A stretch of DNA of 58,432 nucleotides from a virus (lineage: Duplodnaviria; Caudoviricetes): IMG/VR virus record IMGVR_UViG_3300047476_001256, positions 1 through 58,432 of that record; one strand, given 5' to 3'. Position numbers and translations under genes: made by a program. Position 1 is the first letter of the stretch. Every line of letters starts with the position of its first letter. Of this stretch, positions 45,872 to 56,733 are shown piece by piece. The notes below the pieces were generated by a model. That model did not search any database and was not told where the DNA came from. It saw only the letters and a program-made list of their open reading frames with translations.

Positions 45872-47329
45872 TTATAACATTACTCTACTACCTATCAGGA
45901 AGTTATGTAAAATAGGTGTTCCAGGTTGAGTTCCACCACTAAATTTATAGTTAAAACTGAATCCAAATCTTTTACTAATTTTATAGTCAAATGAACTACC
46001 TAAAAGAAATCCTGCATGTCTATTTACCGTTGTCCCACCTGTTTTTGAATTGTAAGATAATGGTGATGCCATTACAAATACCTGTGGTGATATTGTAAGT
46101 TTTTTTGAATACTGATATGGTTTAGTCCAAAATGCAACTGATGATGTAATGATAGAATAATCAAATCCACTATTTTGATTTTTTAAAAATAGATTTACCA
46201 TACCAACATTATATCCAAATGTTCCGTATTTTGGATGTGGTTTAATCCATGTATATCCTACCAATCCCATATAGTTTCCGTCTAAATATGCCGTAGTAAC
46301 TCCGTAAGAGTGTATTGCATCTAATTTGCCCTCATTAAATTCCATTTTAGTATAACCACCACCCAATGCAAATTGTTTCAAATTTGACCATATCATTGCA
46401 TTTGCAGAGAATGATTCATCACCAGCCATACTTGCCCTACTCCAACCCAATCCTAATATAGAACCAAACTTTCTATCTGCATTTTCGGCAACAGTATAAT
46501 CCGATGCTATTAACATTGGATTTAAGTTTCCATTTTTTTTCTTTTCTTCTTTCTTACTCTCTTTCTTATCTTCCTTTTTTTCCTCTTTTTTAGTTTCTTC
46601 TTTCTTTTCCTCACTCTTACTTTCTGATTTCTTTTCTTCTGATTTAGATTCTGATTTTGTTTCACTCTTACTTTCTGATTTACTTTCCGAAGATGAAGAT
46701 GAACTACTCTCACTCTTTGTTTCAGTTTTTGTTTCCGATGAAGATGAACTACCCCCACTTTGTGACGAAGATGAAGATGAACTACCCCCACTTTGTGACG
46801 AACTATTATTTGGTGGTGGAGTTGATGATGCAGAAGATGTAGATGCGGTTGCACCACTACTTGCTGCAGATGAACTTGCCGTAGATGCCGATGAAGATGC
46901 TGCAGAACTTGCAGAGTTACTTGCGGCAGTTGATGCAGAGCTACTTGCTGCAGAACTTGCTGCAGATGATGCAGCTGCAGATGCAGCAGAACTTGCGGCT
47001 TGTGATGCTGCGGTTGATGCAGCCTGTGTAACTGTATTGGTAACCGTTTGTTGAACTACTATATTTGTAGGACATGCTAAATTAGAATAACTCAAATAAA
47101 CTTGATTTATCCAAATTTGTAATTGACCTGTTTGAACTTCTATTGGTGAGAATGTTTTGACTTGATTATAAAAAGAAACACTTGCATAACCATTTATCAT
47201 TGTTGTAGTTGCAACTTTCTTTTCACCCGTGCATTTGTCTATGAAAGATTGTGTATAGGTTTGCCCATTAGCTTTGAATGCTAATAAAAATGTAACAATT
47301 AGAACTAAACCTATTTTCCATTTTTTCAT
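45872..47329 (-). CDS. outer-membrane beta-barrel protein with Ser/Ala- and Glu/Lys-rich linker
   Basis: signal peptide; low-complexity spacer; alternating aromatic beta-strand C-terminus. Confidence 0.7.
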   Translation of the reverse strand: MKKWKIGLVLIVTFLLAFKANGQTYTQSFIDKCTGEKKVATTTMINGYASVSFYNQVKTFSPIEVQTGQLQIWINQVYLSYSNLACPTNIVVQQTVTNTVTQAASTAASQAASSAASAAASSAASSAASSSASTAASNSASSAASSSASTASSSAASSGATASTSSASSTPPPNNSSSQSGGSSSSSSSQSGGSSSSSETKTETKSESSSSSSSESKSESKSETKSESKSEEKKSESKSEEKKEETKKEEKKEDKKESKKEEKKKNGNLNPMLIASDYTVAENADRKFGSILGLGWSRASMAGDESFSANAMIWSNLKQFALGGGYTKMEFNEGKLDAIHSYGVTTAYLDGNYMGLVGYTWIKPHPKYGTFGYNVGMVNLFLKNQNSGFDYSIITSSVAFWTKPYQYSKKLTISPQVFVMASPLSYNSKTGGTTVNRHAGFLLGSSFDYKISKRFGFSFNYKFSGGTQPGTPILHNFLIGSRVML

Positions 47330-47670
47330 TATCTTTTTTGTCTTGGTGGTAAAGGTCTTTGTGGGGCAGACCATCTATTATGTGGTATTGTAGGTCTATA
47401 CCATCTATTTGGTTGAATGTGTGGTCTTTGTGGAATTACAATAGGTCTTTGTCTTTGTATGATTATCGGATTGTAGTAAGGAACTCCCCAACCATAATTA
47501 AAAAAGAATGGTGATGGAACATACAAATCATCATATAGTACTCTTTGTTTTTTTACAACTGAGTCTTTTTGGTCTACATACACATATCTAACAGGTGTAC
47601 AACTTGCCAAATACATTGTAACCCATAAAAATAATATAAATCCTACACAAATTGAAATTATCTTTTTCAT
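47329..47670 (-). CDS. Pro/Arg-rich lipoprotein
   Basis: LASC lipobox. Confidence 0.6.
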   Translation of the reverse strand: MKKIISICVGFILFLWVTMYLASCTPVRYVYVDQKDSVVKKQRVLYDDLYVPSPFFFNYGWGVPYYNPIIIQRQRPIVIPQRPHIQPNRWYRPTIPHNRWSAPQRPLPPRQKR

Positions 47671-47671
47671 A

Positions 47672-47902
47672 CTATTTTAATTTATAACAAATTCTATCTA
47701 ATTCTTCTTTTCTTAATGCAATTGTTTGTTCTACAAATCCTGTATTTGAAACCATATCAACAACATACATTCCATTCATTTTTTCCGTAACTTCTATTTC
47801 TTGTCCCTCTATAAAACCCAATTCCATCAATTTCATTCTCATACATGGAATACATTTTTGACAATCTTCAGGTTGTGGAACATCTATTACTTCATAGTGC
47901 AT
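47672..47902 (-). CDS. FeoA-like SH3 protein
   Basis: RMKLMELGFIEGQEIEV...IALRKEE. Confidence 0.75.
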   Translation of the reverse strand: MHYEVIDVPQPEDCQKCIPCMRMKLMELGFIEGQEIEVTEKMNGMYVVDMVSNTGFVEQTIALRKEELDRICYKLK

Positions 47903-48099
47903 TGAGCCATCTTTAAAAATTCATCTTTGTCAAATATAACATCTTCATTTCTGAACTTTGCCATCATTGCAACTGCTATATCTTTTCTATTGTGTAAATC
48001 TTTAACCATTTTAATTATTTCTGCAACACCCATAACCATATCTCTATCGTTAGAATGGTCTGGACTTGCTTCTTTAATTAAACTACTTAGCTTTATCAT
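47887..48099 (-). CDS. hypothetical protein
   Basis: MIKLSSLIKE N-terminus typical of large-phage virion-associated proteins. Confidence 0.55.
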   Translation of the reverse strand: MIKLSSLIKEASPDHSNDRDMVMGVAEIIKMVKDLHNRKDIAVAMMAKFRNEDVIFDKDEFLKMAQCTMK

Positions 48100-48208
48100 T
48101 TTGTAATTTTTTTAAGATTACTAAATTTGCATCTACTAATTCTTTTTTCTTTACACCACTTCTTCTACTTCTCATTGCTCTTGGTTTTTTTGCTGCACTT
48201 CCCATAAA

Positions 48209-48937
48209 TTATTTAGCGAATACGCCCTTTTTAATCATTTTATCTAATATATTTGCACATGCAATATCTAATGCTTTCTTTGTAGATATAGATATTGTCG
48301 ATTGGTTGAATTTGATTGGGTCTACCGATGCATCCGAAACTAATGTTAATTGTCTATTTGTTTTAGCTTCACCTAAACCAGATGCTGCAATAATTGCACC
48401 TGTTTCTGCATTTGTAAATCTAACTTGTAAACCTATTCTTGTCACCATATTATCTTTGATACCATCTTTTAAGTTGATAGTTTCATCTTCCGATACCGAA
48501 TAATCATATACTTCAATTTCAACAAAGTAATGTGCTAATTTAATATTTCCTCTACCTTGTATTTTATTTTCAGAAATACCAGCATTTGATGCTTTGAATT
48601 GTTGCACCATTCTGTTTTTGATTTCAGTCTTATCTTCGGTAAATTCAAATCTATTAAGGTTGTCCAAATATTCCAATGTGATATTTGCAACACCCAAACC
48701 AACTCTCTTCTCTTTCAATTCAGGATACATTTCATACACTTCCTCACCGATACCACATTTAAGGATTTGAATGTATTTCTTTGGGCCTTCATAATCTAAA
48801 TATGCAGATATATCTTTCTTCTTTTCAAAATCTGCTTTAAATTCTTCTGTCTTTGTTACTCCTATTGTTTGTGCATGAAGGGCACCCACAACACTGCTTA
48901 GTAAAAAGAAACTTAATAACACTAATAATTTTTTCAT
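48209..48937 (-). CDS. CsgG/HfaB-like protein
   Basis: signal peptide; NRF...E; QVRFTNAETG.I..ASG.G.A. Confidence 0.7.
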   Translation of the reverse strand: MKKLLVLLSFFLLSSVVGALHAQTIGVTKTEEFKADFEKKKDISAYLDYEGPKKYIQILKCGIGEEVYEMYPELKEKRVGLGVANITLEYLDNLNRFEFTEDKTEIKNRMVQQFKASNAGISENKIQGRGNIKLAHYFVEIEVYDYSVSEDETINLKDGIKDNMVTRIGLQVRFTNAETGAIIAASGLGEAKTNRQLTLVSDASVDPIKFNQSTISISTKKALDIACANILDKMIKKGVFAK

Positions 48938-48962
48938 ACATAATTTGTTTTGATATAAATAT

Positions 48963-48989
48963 AAAAAAAGGGAGTATTTAACTCCCTTC
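48963..48989 (-). terminator. intrinsic terminator
   Basis: GGGAGT-loop-ACTCCC-TTTTTTT. Confidence 0.7.
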
Positions 48990-48996
48990 TCTAATT

Positions 48997-49269
48997 TTAT
49001 CCTTTTTCCGATTCGGCATCTAATTTGTTCTTATCATGTTCTGCTTTTCTATTGATGTATTTATCAACCGATGCAATGCCGAATGAACCTAAAGTGATTA
49101 CCAAAAATCCGTTAAAAATATATTCGTTAATCAATAATTCTTTACCCATCCAACCTGTGATAAGGTCTACGAATAATGCAATTACCATCATACCGAATGA
49201 CAAGAAACCAACTACTGATTTTTCGTTGATATCGTTGTTGTCTTTAAATAATTCTTTCCAAAATCCCAT
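48997..49269 (-). CDS. small two-TM protein (holin-like)
   Basis: two TM helices, charged tail. Confidence 0.55.
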   Translation of the reverse strand: MGFWKELFKDNNDINEKSVVGFLSFGMMVIALFVDLITGWMGKELLINEYIFNGFLVITLGSFGIASVDKYINRKAEHDKNKLDAESEKG

Positions 49270-49308
49270 AGTTTTATGTTTTAATTGTTATAAACTATGT
49301 AACCTATT

Positions 49309-49902
49309 TTATCCTGCCATTTCAGCATCTTCATCTTTAATCTTTCCACACTTCAAACATTCCTCATCACCATCACCATCTACATCACCCCAGATATGTT
49401 CACATTGTCTATGTGCAAAGTATTCATCAATTTTTCCGTCACCATCAAAATCTAAACCATCCATTACACCATCACCATCTTCATCCACTTCAACACCTTT
49501 CTTTTCTACTTTCGGTGTTTCTACTGCGGATGTTGTTTCGGTTGTTGGTAATACTAATGGTGTAGTTGACATTGGAACGATTGGAGTATTTGGCATATCT
49601 GCAGTATTACTCATTGAAGTTCCATCTTCTTCATCCATTTTTTGAACTAACATCTTATCTTTATCGGTATCACTAAACCAGTAATCTATGATTTTACCAT
49701 AACTACCAATGAAAGCACCTAATAACAATAATAAAAGTTCTTTCCACTCTCCTGCAATTTCGGACTTATAAAATATAGCGGCAAACATACCACCCATAAT
49801 TAACATAAATCCACCCAATACTAACGCAGTAATATACCATCTGCGTTTCATCATTGCGTTTAATAAATCTTTAAATCCGCTTGGCGGTTGTTGATTACTC
49901 AT
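49309..49902 (-). CDS. two-TM protein with DxDGDG Ca-binding repeats
   Basis: TM helices, IIDYWF, DEDGDG/DFDGDG/DVDGDG. Confidence 0.65.
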   Translation of the reverse strand: MSNQQPPSGFKDLLNAMMKRRWYITALVLGGFMLIMGGMFAAIFYKSEIAGEWKELLLLLLGAFIGSYGKIIDYWFSDTDKDKMLVQKMDEEDGTSMSNTADMPNTPIVPMSTTPLVLPTTETTSAVETPKVEKKGVEVDEDGDGVMDGLDFDGDGKIDEYFAHRQCEHIWGDVDGDGDEECLKCGKIKDEDAEMAG

Positions 49903-49986
49903 CTTCTTTTTTTATTTTAAATGACCATTTAATTAATAAAGTCAATCCTACTACAAAAAATAGAACTGTCCCTATTTGATACCATA

Positions 49987-50310
49987 TTACCATTCTGCTG
50001 GCTTCTCTTTGAACTCATCACCATCTTTCTTCTTAGGCTTTGGTTGCTCTGCAGGTTTTGCATTTGATGCTCCACCATTACCGCCACCATTTACAATTAC
50101 AGTTTTACCTGCTGATTGTTGTTGTTGGTTTGAGTTAGTGATATTAATAACCGGTGCTGCTTGTTGAACTGGAGTTGCTTCCTTATCATCACCACCTGTT
50201 AATTTTGTTGTTATCCACCCACCTACACCTAATGTAATAGTTGAAATGAAACCGATGATTACATTCTTAATAGATGAACCACCACCTTGTTGTTCTTGTT
50301 CTTCTGACAT
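49987..50310 (-). CDS. single-TM low-complexity protein
   Basis: hydrophobic helix, Q/G-rich tail. Confidence 0.6.
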   Translation of the reverse strand: MSEEQEQQGGGSSIKNVIIGFISTITLGVGGWITTKLTGGDDKEATPVQQAAPVINITNSNQQQQSAGKTVIVNGGGNGGASNAKPAEQPKPKKKDGDEFKEKPAEW

Positions 50311-50322
50311 AAATTGTTGTTT

Positions 50323-50703
50323 TTATAATTTGTTAAAATCTGTTATTCCTAATTGTTTTCCATTTGAGTCATATATACCAATTCTATAAGCTGATGATGG
50401 AAGTGCGTTTGTATATACTTTCAGTACATTGTCCCCCATTCTTACATCACTTGTAGATTTAGATACAACTCTATTTGCAATATCAAATATTCTAATAGTA
50501 ACAGTTTGTGCTACCTCACTCTTTACATTCATTGCAACTTCAGATGTTACAAAATGTGATTGTAGTTTGATACCACTTACACTTTGAATTTGTAATGTTG
50601 GGTCTATTTGATTTACTAATGGCATTTCAGTTGTTTTTCTACAACTCAATATTACTAATGTCATCAAAAATCCTAACCCTAAAATTTTGTCAATTTTTCT
50701 CAT
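50323..50703 (-). CDS. lipoprotein with T9SS-CTD/Ig-like domain
   Basis: ILSC lipobox; IRIFDIANRVV...LPSSAYRI. Confidence 0.6.
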   Translation of the reverse strand: MRKIDKILGLGFLMTLVILSCRKTTEMPLVNQIDPTLQIQSVSGIKLQSHFVTSEVAMNVKSEVAQTVTIRIFDIANRVVSKSTSDVRMGDNVLKVYTNALPSSAYRIGIYDSNGKQLGITDFNKL

Positions 50704-50704
50704 T

Positions 50705-51046
50705 TTACTTTACTATTATTATTGTTTTTCCTACTTTACTTTTGTTTTCATCCTCCAATAACAGATATAAATATTTAACTGAAAGTGATTTAGTATATAT
50801 TTTCTTTTTATTTTGTCCAATTTGACCGATAAATCTTTCTCTTGTCAAAACTTGGTTATTCACACTATCACCTAAAGTCAATGTATAGACACCATTTTTA
50901 GTTAATTCAAATTGTATTTCTTGTCCGTTTTCAACACTACTTTCGTTAACACTAAATATGTTTACAACAGGTTGTGGTGTAGGTATGACTTGTGTTTTTC
51001 TACATGCTATCAAACTTAAGAATAATATGAATATTAATTTTTTCAT
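50705..51046 (-). CDS. lipoprotein, Ig-like
   Basis: LIAC lipobox. Confidence 0.6.
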   Translation of the reverse strand: MKKLIFILFLSLIACRKTQVIPTPQPVVNIFSVNESSVENGQEIQFELTKNGVYTLTLGDSVNNQVLTRERFIGQIGQNKKKIYTKSLSVKYLYLLLEDENKSKVGKTIIIVK

Positions 51047-53334
51047 TACTTCATTATTACTTTTAGTGTTTTTCCATTTTTATTTACTGCATCTGAAAAT
51101 CCAACTGAAATCAATCCTAATACATTATCTAATTTTGTTTGTGGTTTGAAACTAATTTTGTATTCAGTAGTATTATCCAAAATTCCACCATCCGTTATTA
51201 GAGAACCTAAATTGATATAATCACCTTTGTCAGTTCCATAGTTAGTTGGTGAACCTTTTGTTTTGAAACTAATATTATTAAATTGTAATAAACTATTATC
51301 ATAATTCAATTGTAATTGTGTTCCTACCAATTCTTGTCCTAATGGGTCTATTGTAATATATGCATAAACACTATCACCAATAATTTCAGTTATGATTGAT
51401 GCATTGATTTCATTTGATACAGGTAAACTCATACTTCTTACACTCATACTTACAACTGCATTTTGAGTTTGTTGTGCCGAATGTGAAAGATTTACATCAC
51501 CCACCCAAGTTACACTTAAATTATAGGTGTTGTTCAATGTTCCAGTATTCAAATTAAATGGAATTAAACTTCTCGTATAATTGAATTGTGTATTCCAATT
51601 TGATTTTGTTATTGCATCATATTCCGATTTGTTGTATAGTTTCATTAAATATGTTAATGCAGAATATTGTGTAAGTGGTTCTATTCCCGTTAGATGTCTT
51701 AATAATTTATAAGTATCCACTTCATTAAACACACCATTGCCATCCACATCTGCATTCATATATTGAATACCATATCCAAATTCCAATCCACTTTGATTTC
51801 CAAATAAACCCGTATTTGATAATTCTTTGAATGCTAAATATACATCCGAAACACTCACAATGTTTGAATATAATGTATTTAATTCGGTTTGTGAATTTGC
51901 AACAATTTCTATTCCATGTTGTTTGTAACTTTGGATTGGTGAAAACGAAAATGCTGCAGATGTTCCATACCAATTATCTTGTCTCCTTAATAAATTACTA
52001 TATGAACTTGTTGATATTTTATTTGTCAAATCACCTCTTAATAAATAAGTTTTCCACCAACCACTCACACTTATTACACTAACTGCACTATCGTAAATAT
52101 CCAATACTTTAATTGATGTAATTGTATTTGGGTCTATTGATGTACCGGTAAACATTCTATCATCTATAAGAAATTGATGTCCACCTAATGTAGCATCGTA
52201 ATCATATATTATTGCAGCTTCCCATTGTCCTGCAGATGCTATTGCTTTGTAATTATTACTATTCACTTTGTTAGTATCCAAATCATTTGTAATATCCGTT
52301 TTGCCCAATCCATTTAATGTTCTGGAATTATTAGTTGTAACACTCCATATATTATTTACATATGTGTTTACTTTTGCTGAAAATTTGGTTTCATCTAATG
52401 TGCTACCAAAATCAATATTAAATTGTGCTCTTAAAACATTACCATTTGAATGATTTGCCGAATTTGTATAAAATTCAGTGAAAGATGCATCATCTGGATT
52501 AGTCCAAGTTCCATATTCAATTACATACGCATTTGCCCAATTGTTTGATAAATCGTTCCACTTATTACCATTCCATTTTGTTACTGCGTAATCTTCTCCA
52601 TGATTATATCCATTTGGTTCACCCGATGACCAGTTATTATAAACACCAGGTATATTTCCAGCAGTTGGGCCATTTGATGTTTTCATTACTGTCCCTCTTT
52701 CAGGTCCTGCATCAATTACCCAAGTTCCATCTATTACCTCATCCGTTGCTGCGAACCATATATTTGTAACCGGTACATTATTATAAATGAATAAATCTTC
52801 ATCTGCAGAAGTTATGGTTACTAAATATCCAGTCTGTCCTTTGAATGTTGTTAATAAAGACCTTGCTCTTGCGTTGGTGTATGTTGTTCTATCAACCGTT
52901 GCAGTTATAGGTTTGTAAAAGTGTCCATTCACACCATTATAATAATATCCCGTTGGATTGACTGTTGCAGCTACTGATAATTTAACATTACCTATCGTTG
53001 CACCGGTATTTACTTTTAAGGATGTCAATGCATTGTTAATGTTTGCCATTGAACCTGTTACAACTAATCGAGTCTTATTTCCTGTTAATGTAAATCCACT
53101 TGCTGCCGTTAAACCGGCGGTGGTAGTTAAATAAAATGTAGTTCCCGATGGATATTCAACTAAACTAATTGATGCCAATACAATATCGGTTGTTGCAAAT
53201 CCACTTAATACAAACCCACTTGCATCTTGTCCCGATGTGGATGGTATAAATGATTTAGAGTCCGGAGCAGATACACTCTGTCCGAACCCTAAAAATGATA
53301 TTAAAAGAAATAATGTAACTAATAAGTGTTTCAT
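51046..53334 (-). CDS. secreted protein: C-type lectin + dockerin-like + cohesin-like domains
   Basis: NGHFY...GYLVTITS..E...W..GEPN...WNDL; ADVDGNGVFNEVD; GTQLQLNYD. Confidence 0.75.
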   Translation of the reverse strand: MKHLLVTLFLLISFLGFGQSVSAPDSKSFIPSTSGQDASGFVLSGFATTDIVLASISLVEYPSGTTFYLTTTAGLTAASGFTLTGNKTRLVVTGSMANINNALTSLKVNTGATIGNVKLSVAATVNPTGYYYNGVNGHFYKPITATVDRTTYTNARARSLLTTFKGQTGYLVTITSADEDLFIYNNVPVTNIWFAATDEVIDGTWVIDAGPERGTVMKTSNGPTAGNIPGVYNNWSSGEPNGYNHGEDYAVTKWNGNKWNDLSNNWANAYVIEYGTWTNPDDASFTEFYTNSANHSNGNVLRAQFNIDFGSTLDETKFSAKVNTYVNNIWSVTTNNSRTLNGLGKTDITNDLDTNKVNSNNYKAIASAGQWEAAIIYDYDATLGGHQFLIDDRMFTGTSIDPNTITSIKVLDIYDSAVSVISVSGWWKTYLLRGDLTNKISTSSYSNLLRRQDNWYGTSAAFSFSPIQSYKQHGIEIVANSQTELNTLYSNIVSVSDVYLAFKELSNTGLFGNQSGLEFGYGIQYMNADVDGNGVFNEVDTYKLLRHLTGIEPLTQYSALTYLMKLYNKSEYDAITKSNWNTQFNYTRSLIPFNLNTGTLNNTYNLSVTWVGDVNLSHSAQQTQNAVVSMSVRSMSLPVSNEINASIITEIIGDSVYAYITIDPLGQELVGTQLQLNYDNSLLQFNNISFKTKGSPTNYGTDKGDYINLGSLITDGGILDNTTEYKISFKPQTKLDNVLGLISVGFSDAVNKNGKTLKVIMK

Positions 53335-53335
53335 A

Positions 53336-54985
53336 TTATTCTATTGTTAAATCAATCTTCTTACCGAAACCATCAACTGCATCTGCCAATACGAAGAAAA
53401 ATAAACCTGCAGTGTTTGTTAAAGGTTCTTTTGGTGTGAATACTAATTTATATGGAGTTCCCACTTTAATTCTTGCAGTTTTTAATTGGTCAATAGAACC
53501 AAATGTTAATCTACCATTATCATGAGTTGAGAAGTTTGTCATAGTTGATCCTGAATCGAATATAATATTATCTAAAGTTAATTTAGTTGAATCATAATTC
53601 ATAATCACTTGCAAACCTGCCAATCCTTCTTTTGTCAATGTAGTCGTTAATACAACCTTACCATTTTCCAAAGTAGATGTAATACCCAATGTTGCTTTTT
53701 CAAATACAGGTGCCGTATAAGACATCGATTGAACTGACATTGATTTGATTACATTATTATCGTTTATCGAATTAACATAATTGTTAGTTGCAATTCTATT
53801 TGCAATTGTGTCAGGATGTGATGAGTGTGACCAGTTTAAGTCACCTGCCCAAGCAAATACTGCATCAACAGTTTGTGATGGTGCCGTAATGTATACTCTA
53901 TTTTTTGTAACACCGTCTAACCAACTTTGATTTAACAAACCACTATACCATCTCCACGAAGTTGCAGTTGATGTTGGAACGAATGCATTTGCTGATACAT
54001 CTTGTCCCATTACATATGCAAATAAATTATATGAATCGGACTCATTAAAAGTCATATCATTTTTTGTTACATTACCAATTTTCTTTTCGAATGTAGGTCT
54101 TGTAAAAAAGTTTGAAACTCCACTAATATCGGTTTGTGCATGTCCTAAAAATGCTTTATATGCATCTGATACAGTTACAATATTGTTCATCCAACTTTTT
54201 TGAGAAGCAGGTGATACAAATACACCAACACTATCTCCAACTTTAACACCTGATGTGAATATTACCTCACCACTTGCATCCAATGCCGCCTGTGTAATTG
54301 GTTGTTGTGACCAATCAATATCACCACTGCCATCTGTTTTCAATCTCATCAATTGAACATTGTGGTCAGAAATTGTATAACCTTGTGGAAATAAAACTCT
54401 AACTTTGAATTGTGATGTGTTACCCGTTACATTTGATATAGATGACCAACCACCACCATAGATAGTTCCAACATTTGCACCAGTAGTATCAGTACCAGTT
54501 GCCAAATTTATTTTGAATATATTGTTGTAAGTGTTTTGGTCTTTTAGGATGTATTTTTGAGTAGCAATTAAACCACTAATAGATGCATCAGCTCTTTGAA
54601 CAGTCAATTGTCCAACATTCCAATCTGCATTTACTGCATATCCCCAAGGACTTAATCCATATTGTAAACTCAAAGTGTTATCACTTACACCTGCATTTGG
54701 AGTAAACTTATAGTTATTCCAACCGGTATAAAATGTTTGTGTTGATGCACCTTGATTAAATGTAGTTGAAACATATGTCAATGCCTTATTGTTGAATTGG
54801 TATCTAAACCAAAGATAACGAGGATTAACAATAGTATCTCCTTTTGTTAATGTGTATTTAATTGTGATTGTATCACCCACCTTTAATCCAATTGTTGGTG
54901 ATAATGACTGACTTATTGTTAATTGGCTAAATGACGATAGGGATACTAATAAAAATACCCCAATAAATAAAATGATTTTTTTCAT
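53336..54985 (-). CDS. secreted cohesin/dockerin-like protein, paralog of 51046-53334
   Basis: signal peptide; shared IV.VSD.Y.AF and W.GD.N.SHS; GLQVIMNYD. Confidence 0.7.
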   Translation of the reverse strand: MKKIILFIGVFLLVSLSSFSQLTISQSLSPTIGLKVGDTITIKYTLTKGDTIVNPRYLWFRYQFNNKALTYVSTTFNQGASTQTFYTGWNNYKFTPNAGVSDNTLSLQYGLSPWGYAVNADWNVGQLTVQRADASISGLIATQKYILKDQNTYNNIFKINLATGTDTTGANVGTIYGGGWSSISNVTGNTSQFKVRVLFPQGYTISDHNVQLMRLKTDGSGDIDWSQQPITQAALDASGEVIFTSGVKVGDSVGVFVSPASQKSWMNNIVTVSDAYKAFLGHAQTDISGVSNFFTRPTFEKKIGNVTKNDMTFNESDSYNLFAYVMGQDVSANAFVPTSTATSWRWYSGLLNQSWLDGVTKNRVYITAPSQTVDAVFAWAGDLNWSHSSHPDTIANRIATNNYVNSINDNNVIKSMSVQSMSYTAPVFEKATLGITSTLENGKVVLTTTLTKEGLAGLQVIMNYDSTKLTLDNIIFDSGSTMTNFSTHDNGRLTFGSIDQLKTARIKVGTPYKLVFTPKEPLTNTAGLFFFVLADAVDGFGKKIDLTIE

Positions 54986-55635
54986 TATTTTTCTCCTAAT
55001 AGTTTGGTGATTAATTTACCAGAACCTTTTTTAAGTGCGTTACTCAATGATGTCTGATTAAATCCACCACCCTCATCTACTATGAGAGTTGACATTGAGA
55101 TTTCAGACGAACTTTCTTCTACTATAACCTCTTTGTCCTTTTTACCATCTTTATACAATGTTCCTTTCAAACGAATTACCACTTCTTCTTCTCCACTATG
55201 GAATACTGAAATGTTTTTCTTAGTAGATAGAACATCTAAAAATATAATTGAAACTTTTAATTTTTGTGTTGCGGATGGTGCCAAATCGTATCCTTTTTCT
55301 TGTAGATACTCTTCTAAAATGTTCTTAACACCGAATTCTAATTTTCTATTTCCTGCCAATTTACCAATTTTAACTTCATTGGTAACACCTTCTATCCAAA
55401 TATATTGTTCTTCATCATACCAAATATTACCAGGCATATTTTTGAATGAACCATTGAATTTATGGTCAAACCATGTTCCAACTTTTGCAGGTAATTCACT
55501 ACCACTATAATGTAAACCAACCATTGTAAATTGGAATAGTAATGCAATGATTACCCATGCCAATCCAATGTATGCAAGTGAAGATAATAATATATCGTTC
55601 CAATTTTCTTTTATTTCTAATAACTTTGCTTTCAT
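54985..55635 (-). CDS. membrane-anchored CsgG-like/periplasmic protein
   Basis: TM helix; FGVKNILEEYL and FNQTSLSNALKK resemble 48209-48937 (GVANITLEYL, FNQSTIS.STKK). Confidence 0.55.
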   Translation of the reverse strand: MKAKLLEIKENWNDILLSSLAYIGLAWVIIALLFQFTMVGLHYSGSELPAKVGTWFDHKFNGSFKNMPGNIWYDEEQYIWIEGVTNEVKIGKLAGNRKLEFGVKNILEEYLQEKGYDLAPSATQKLKVSIIFLDVLSTKKNISVFHSGEEEVVIRLKGTLYKDGKKDKEVIVEESSSEISMSTLIVDEGGGFNQTSLSNALKKGSGKLITKLLGEK

Positions 55636-55684
55636 ATCCGTTTTTACTTTTACGAATATAAATATAAGTTACTGACTTAAATCA

Positions 55685-55876
55685 TTAGTAATCTGTGTTA
55701 TCTTTACCAAAACTACTCAAATAATGATGTATTGGTGTCCAAATACAATATACACCAATTGCTTCTAAAAATGAAAGTTTTGGTAACATTGGAATAAGTT
55801 GAGTCAAATAAGATATTGCCAAACCTATAACACAAGTAACGATTATAACATTTAATGTAATTTTTAATTTTTCCAT
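55685..55876 (-). CDS. small membrane protein
   Basis: two hydrophobic segments; promoter upstream. Confidence 0.55.
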   Translation of the reverse strand: MEKLKITLNVIIVTCVIGLAISYLTQLIPMLPKLSFLEAIGVYCIWTPIHHYLSSFGKDNTDY

Positions 55877-55902
55877 AAATGTAATATACGAAAATATTTT
55901 AA

Positions 55903-56733
55903 CTACACCAAATTATTTTTAATTATATGATTATACATCAATTCAAATAAATCATTGTAAGCAAGTTCTCCCAAATGGCCACCTATATCCATTATCCATC
56001 CACTTTTTTCGTATTCTCTATCACTATTTCCTTTTAAAACATTATATTTAGATATATCAATATCTTTAACTACAATTTTTTCTGCTTTTTTTGCATAGTA
56101 TTGTGTAAAACAAAAATTCATTTTTTCCAAAATAGTATCATCTGAATTAATAGATAAATAATTTTTAGGGTTTATCTCTTGCAACCAACTTTCTCTAGCA
56201 GTTAAAACATTCGAATCCAACTTACCCATATTTAAAAATAAATGTGGAATATTTTTTTGTTTGAAAAAATTATGTAATGCAATTGTATAAAGAATAGTAT
56301 CATCTGTTCCTTTGGGTTCAAATTTTAATAAAAGATGATTTCCACTATCATGTGATGGTATTAAACCAGTATATCCATGAAGTTTTCTATTCGGAGAATC
56401 TCCTAAATATGATTTTTCAGATTCTTCTTTTAATTTATTATATTCTAAATTTATAGAATTATCTAAAATTAAACTTCTTTCAGGATGAGACCATCCAATT
56501 ATAACAAAATCAAAATCATTTTTAGAACAATCTATCAATGTTCTACGAAAAATCGATTCATTACTGGAACCCAATGCAGATGCAATATAACTAGATTTTG
56601 CATCCAATTCATTTTCTTTGTAAAACAAATTAGACAATAGACTCTTATCCGATAAAATATAATTTGGAGAAATCATAGAATCGGGATACAAAAAAGAGCA
56701 ACTATTCCAATATAACCTTTTTTTATTTTCCAC
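55903..56733 (-). CDS. SGNH-like (DUF6071-type) protein
   Basis: CSF...A.GSSN..I.R.T...IGWS..ER...GH. Confidence 0.6.
   Translation of the reverse strand: MENKKRLYWNSCSFLYPDSMISPNYILSDKSLLSNLFYKENELDAKSSYIASALGSSNESIFRRTLIDCSKNDFDFVIIGWSHPERSLILDNSINLEYNKLKEESEKSYLGDSPNRKLHGYTGLIPSHDSGNHLLLKFEPKGTDDTILYTIALHNFFKQKNIPHLFLNMGKLDSNVLTARESWLQEINPKNYLSINSDDTILEKMNFCFTQYYAKKAEKIVVKDIDISKYNVLKGNSDREYEKSGWIMDIGGHLGELAYNDLFELMYNHIIKNNLV

Noticed and set aside
46520-47030. Tandem DNA repeats
   Set aside because: Explained by the Ser/Ala and Glu/Lys low-complexity linker of the beta-barrel protein.
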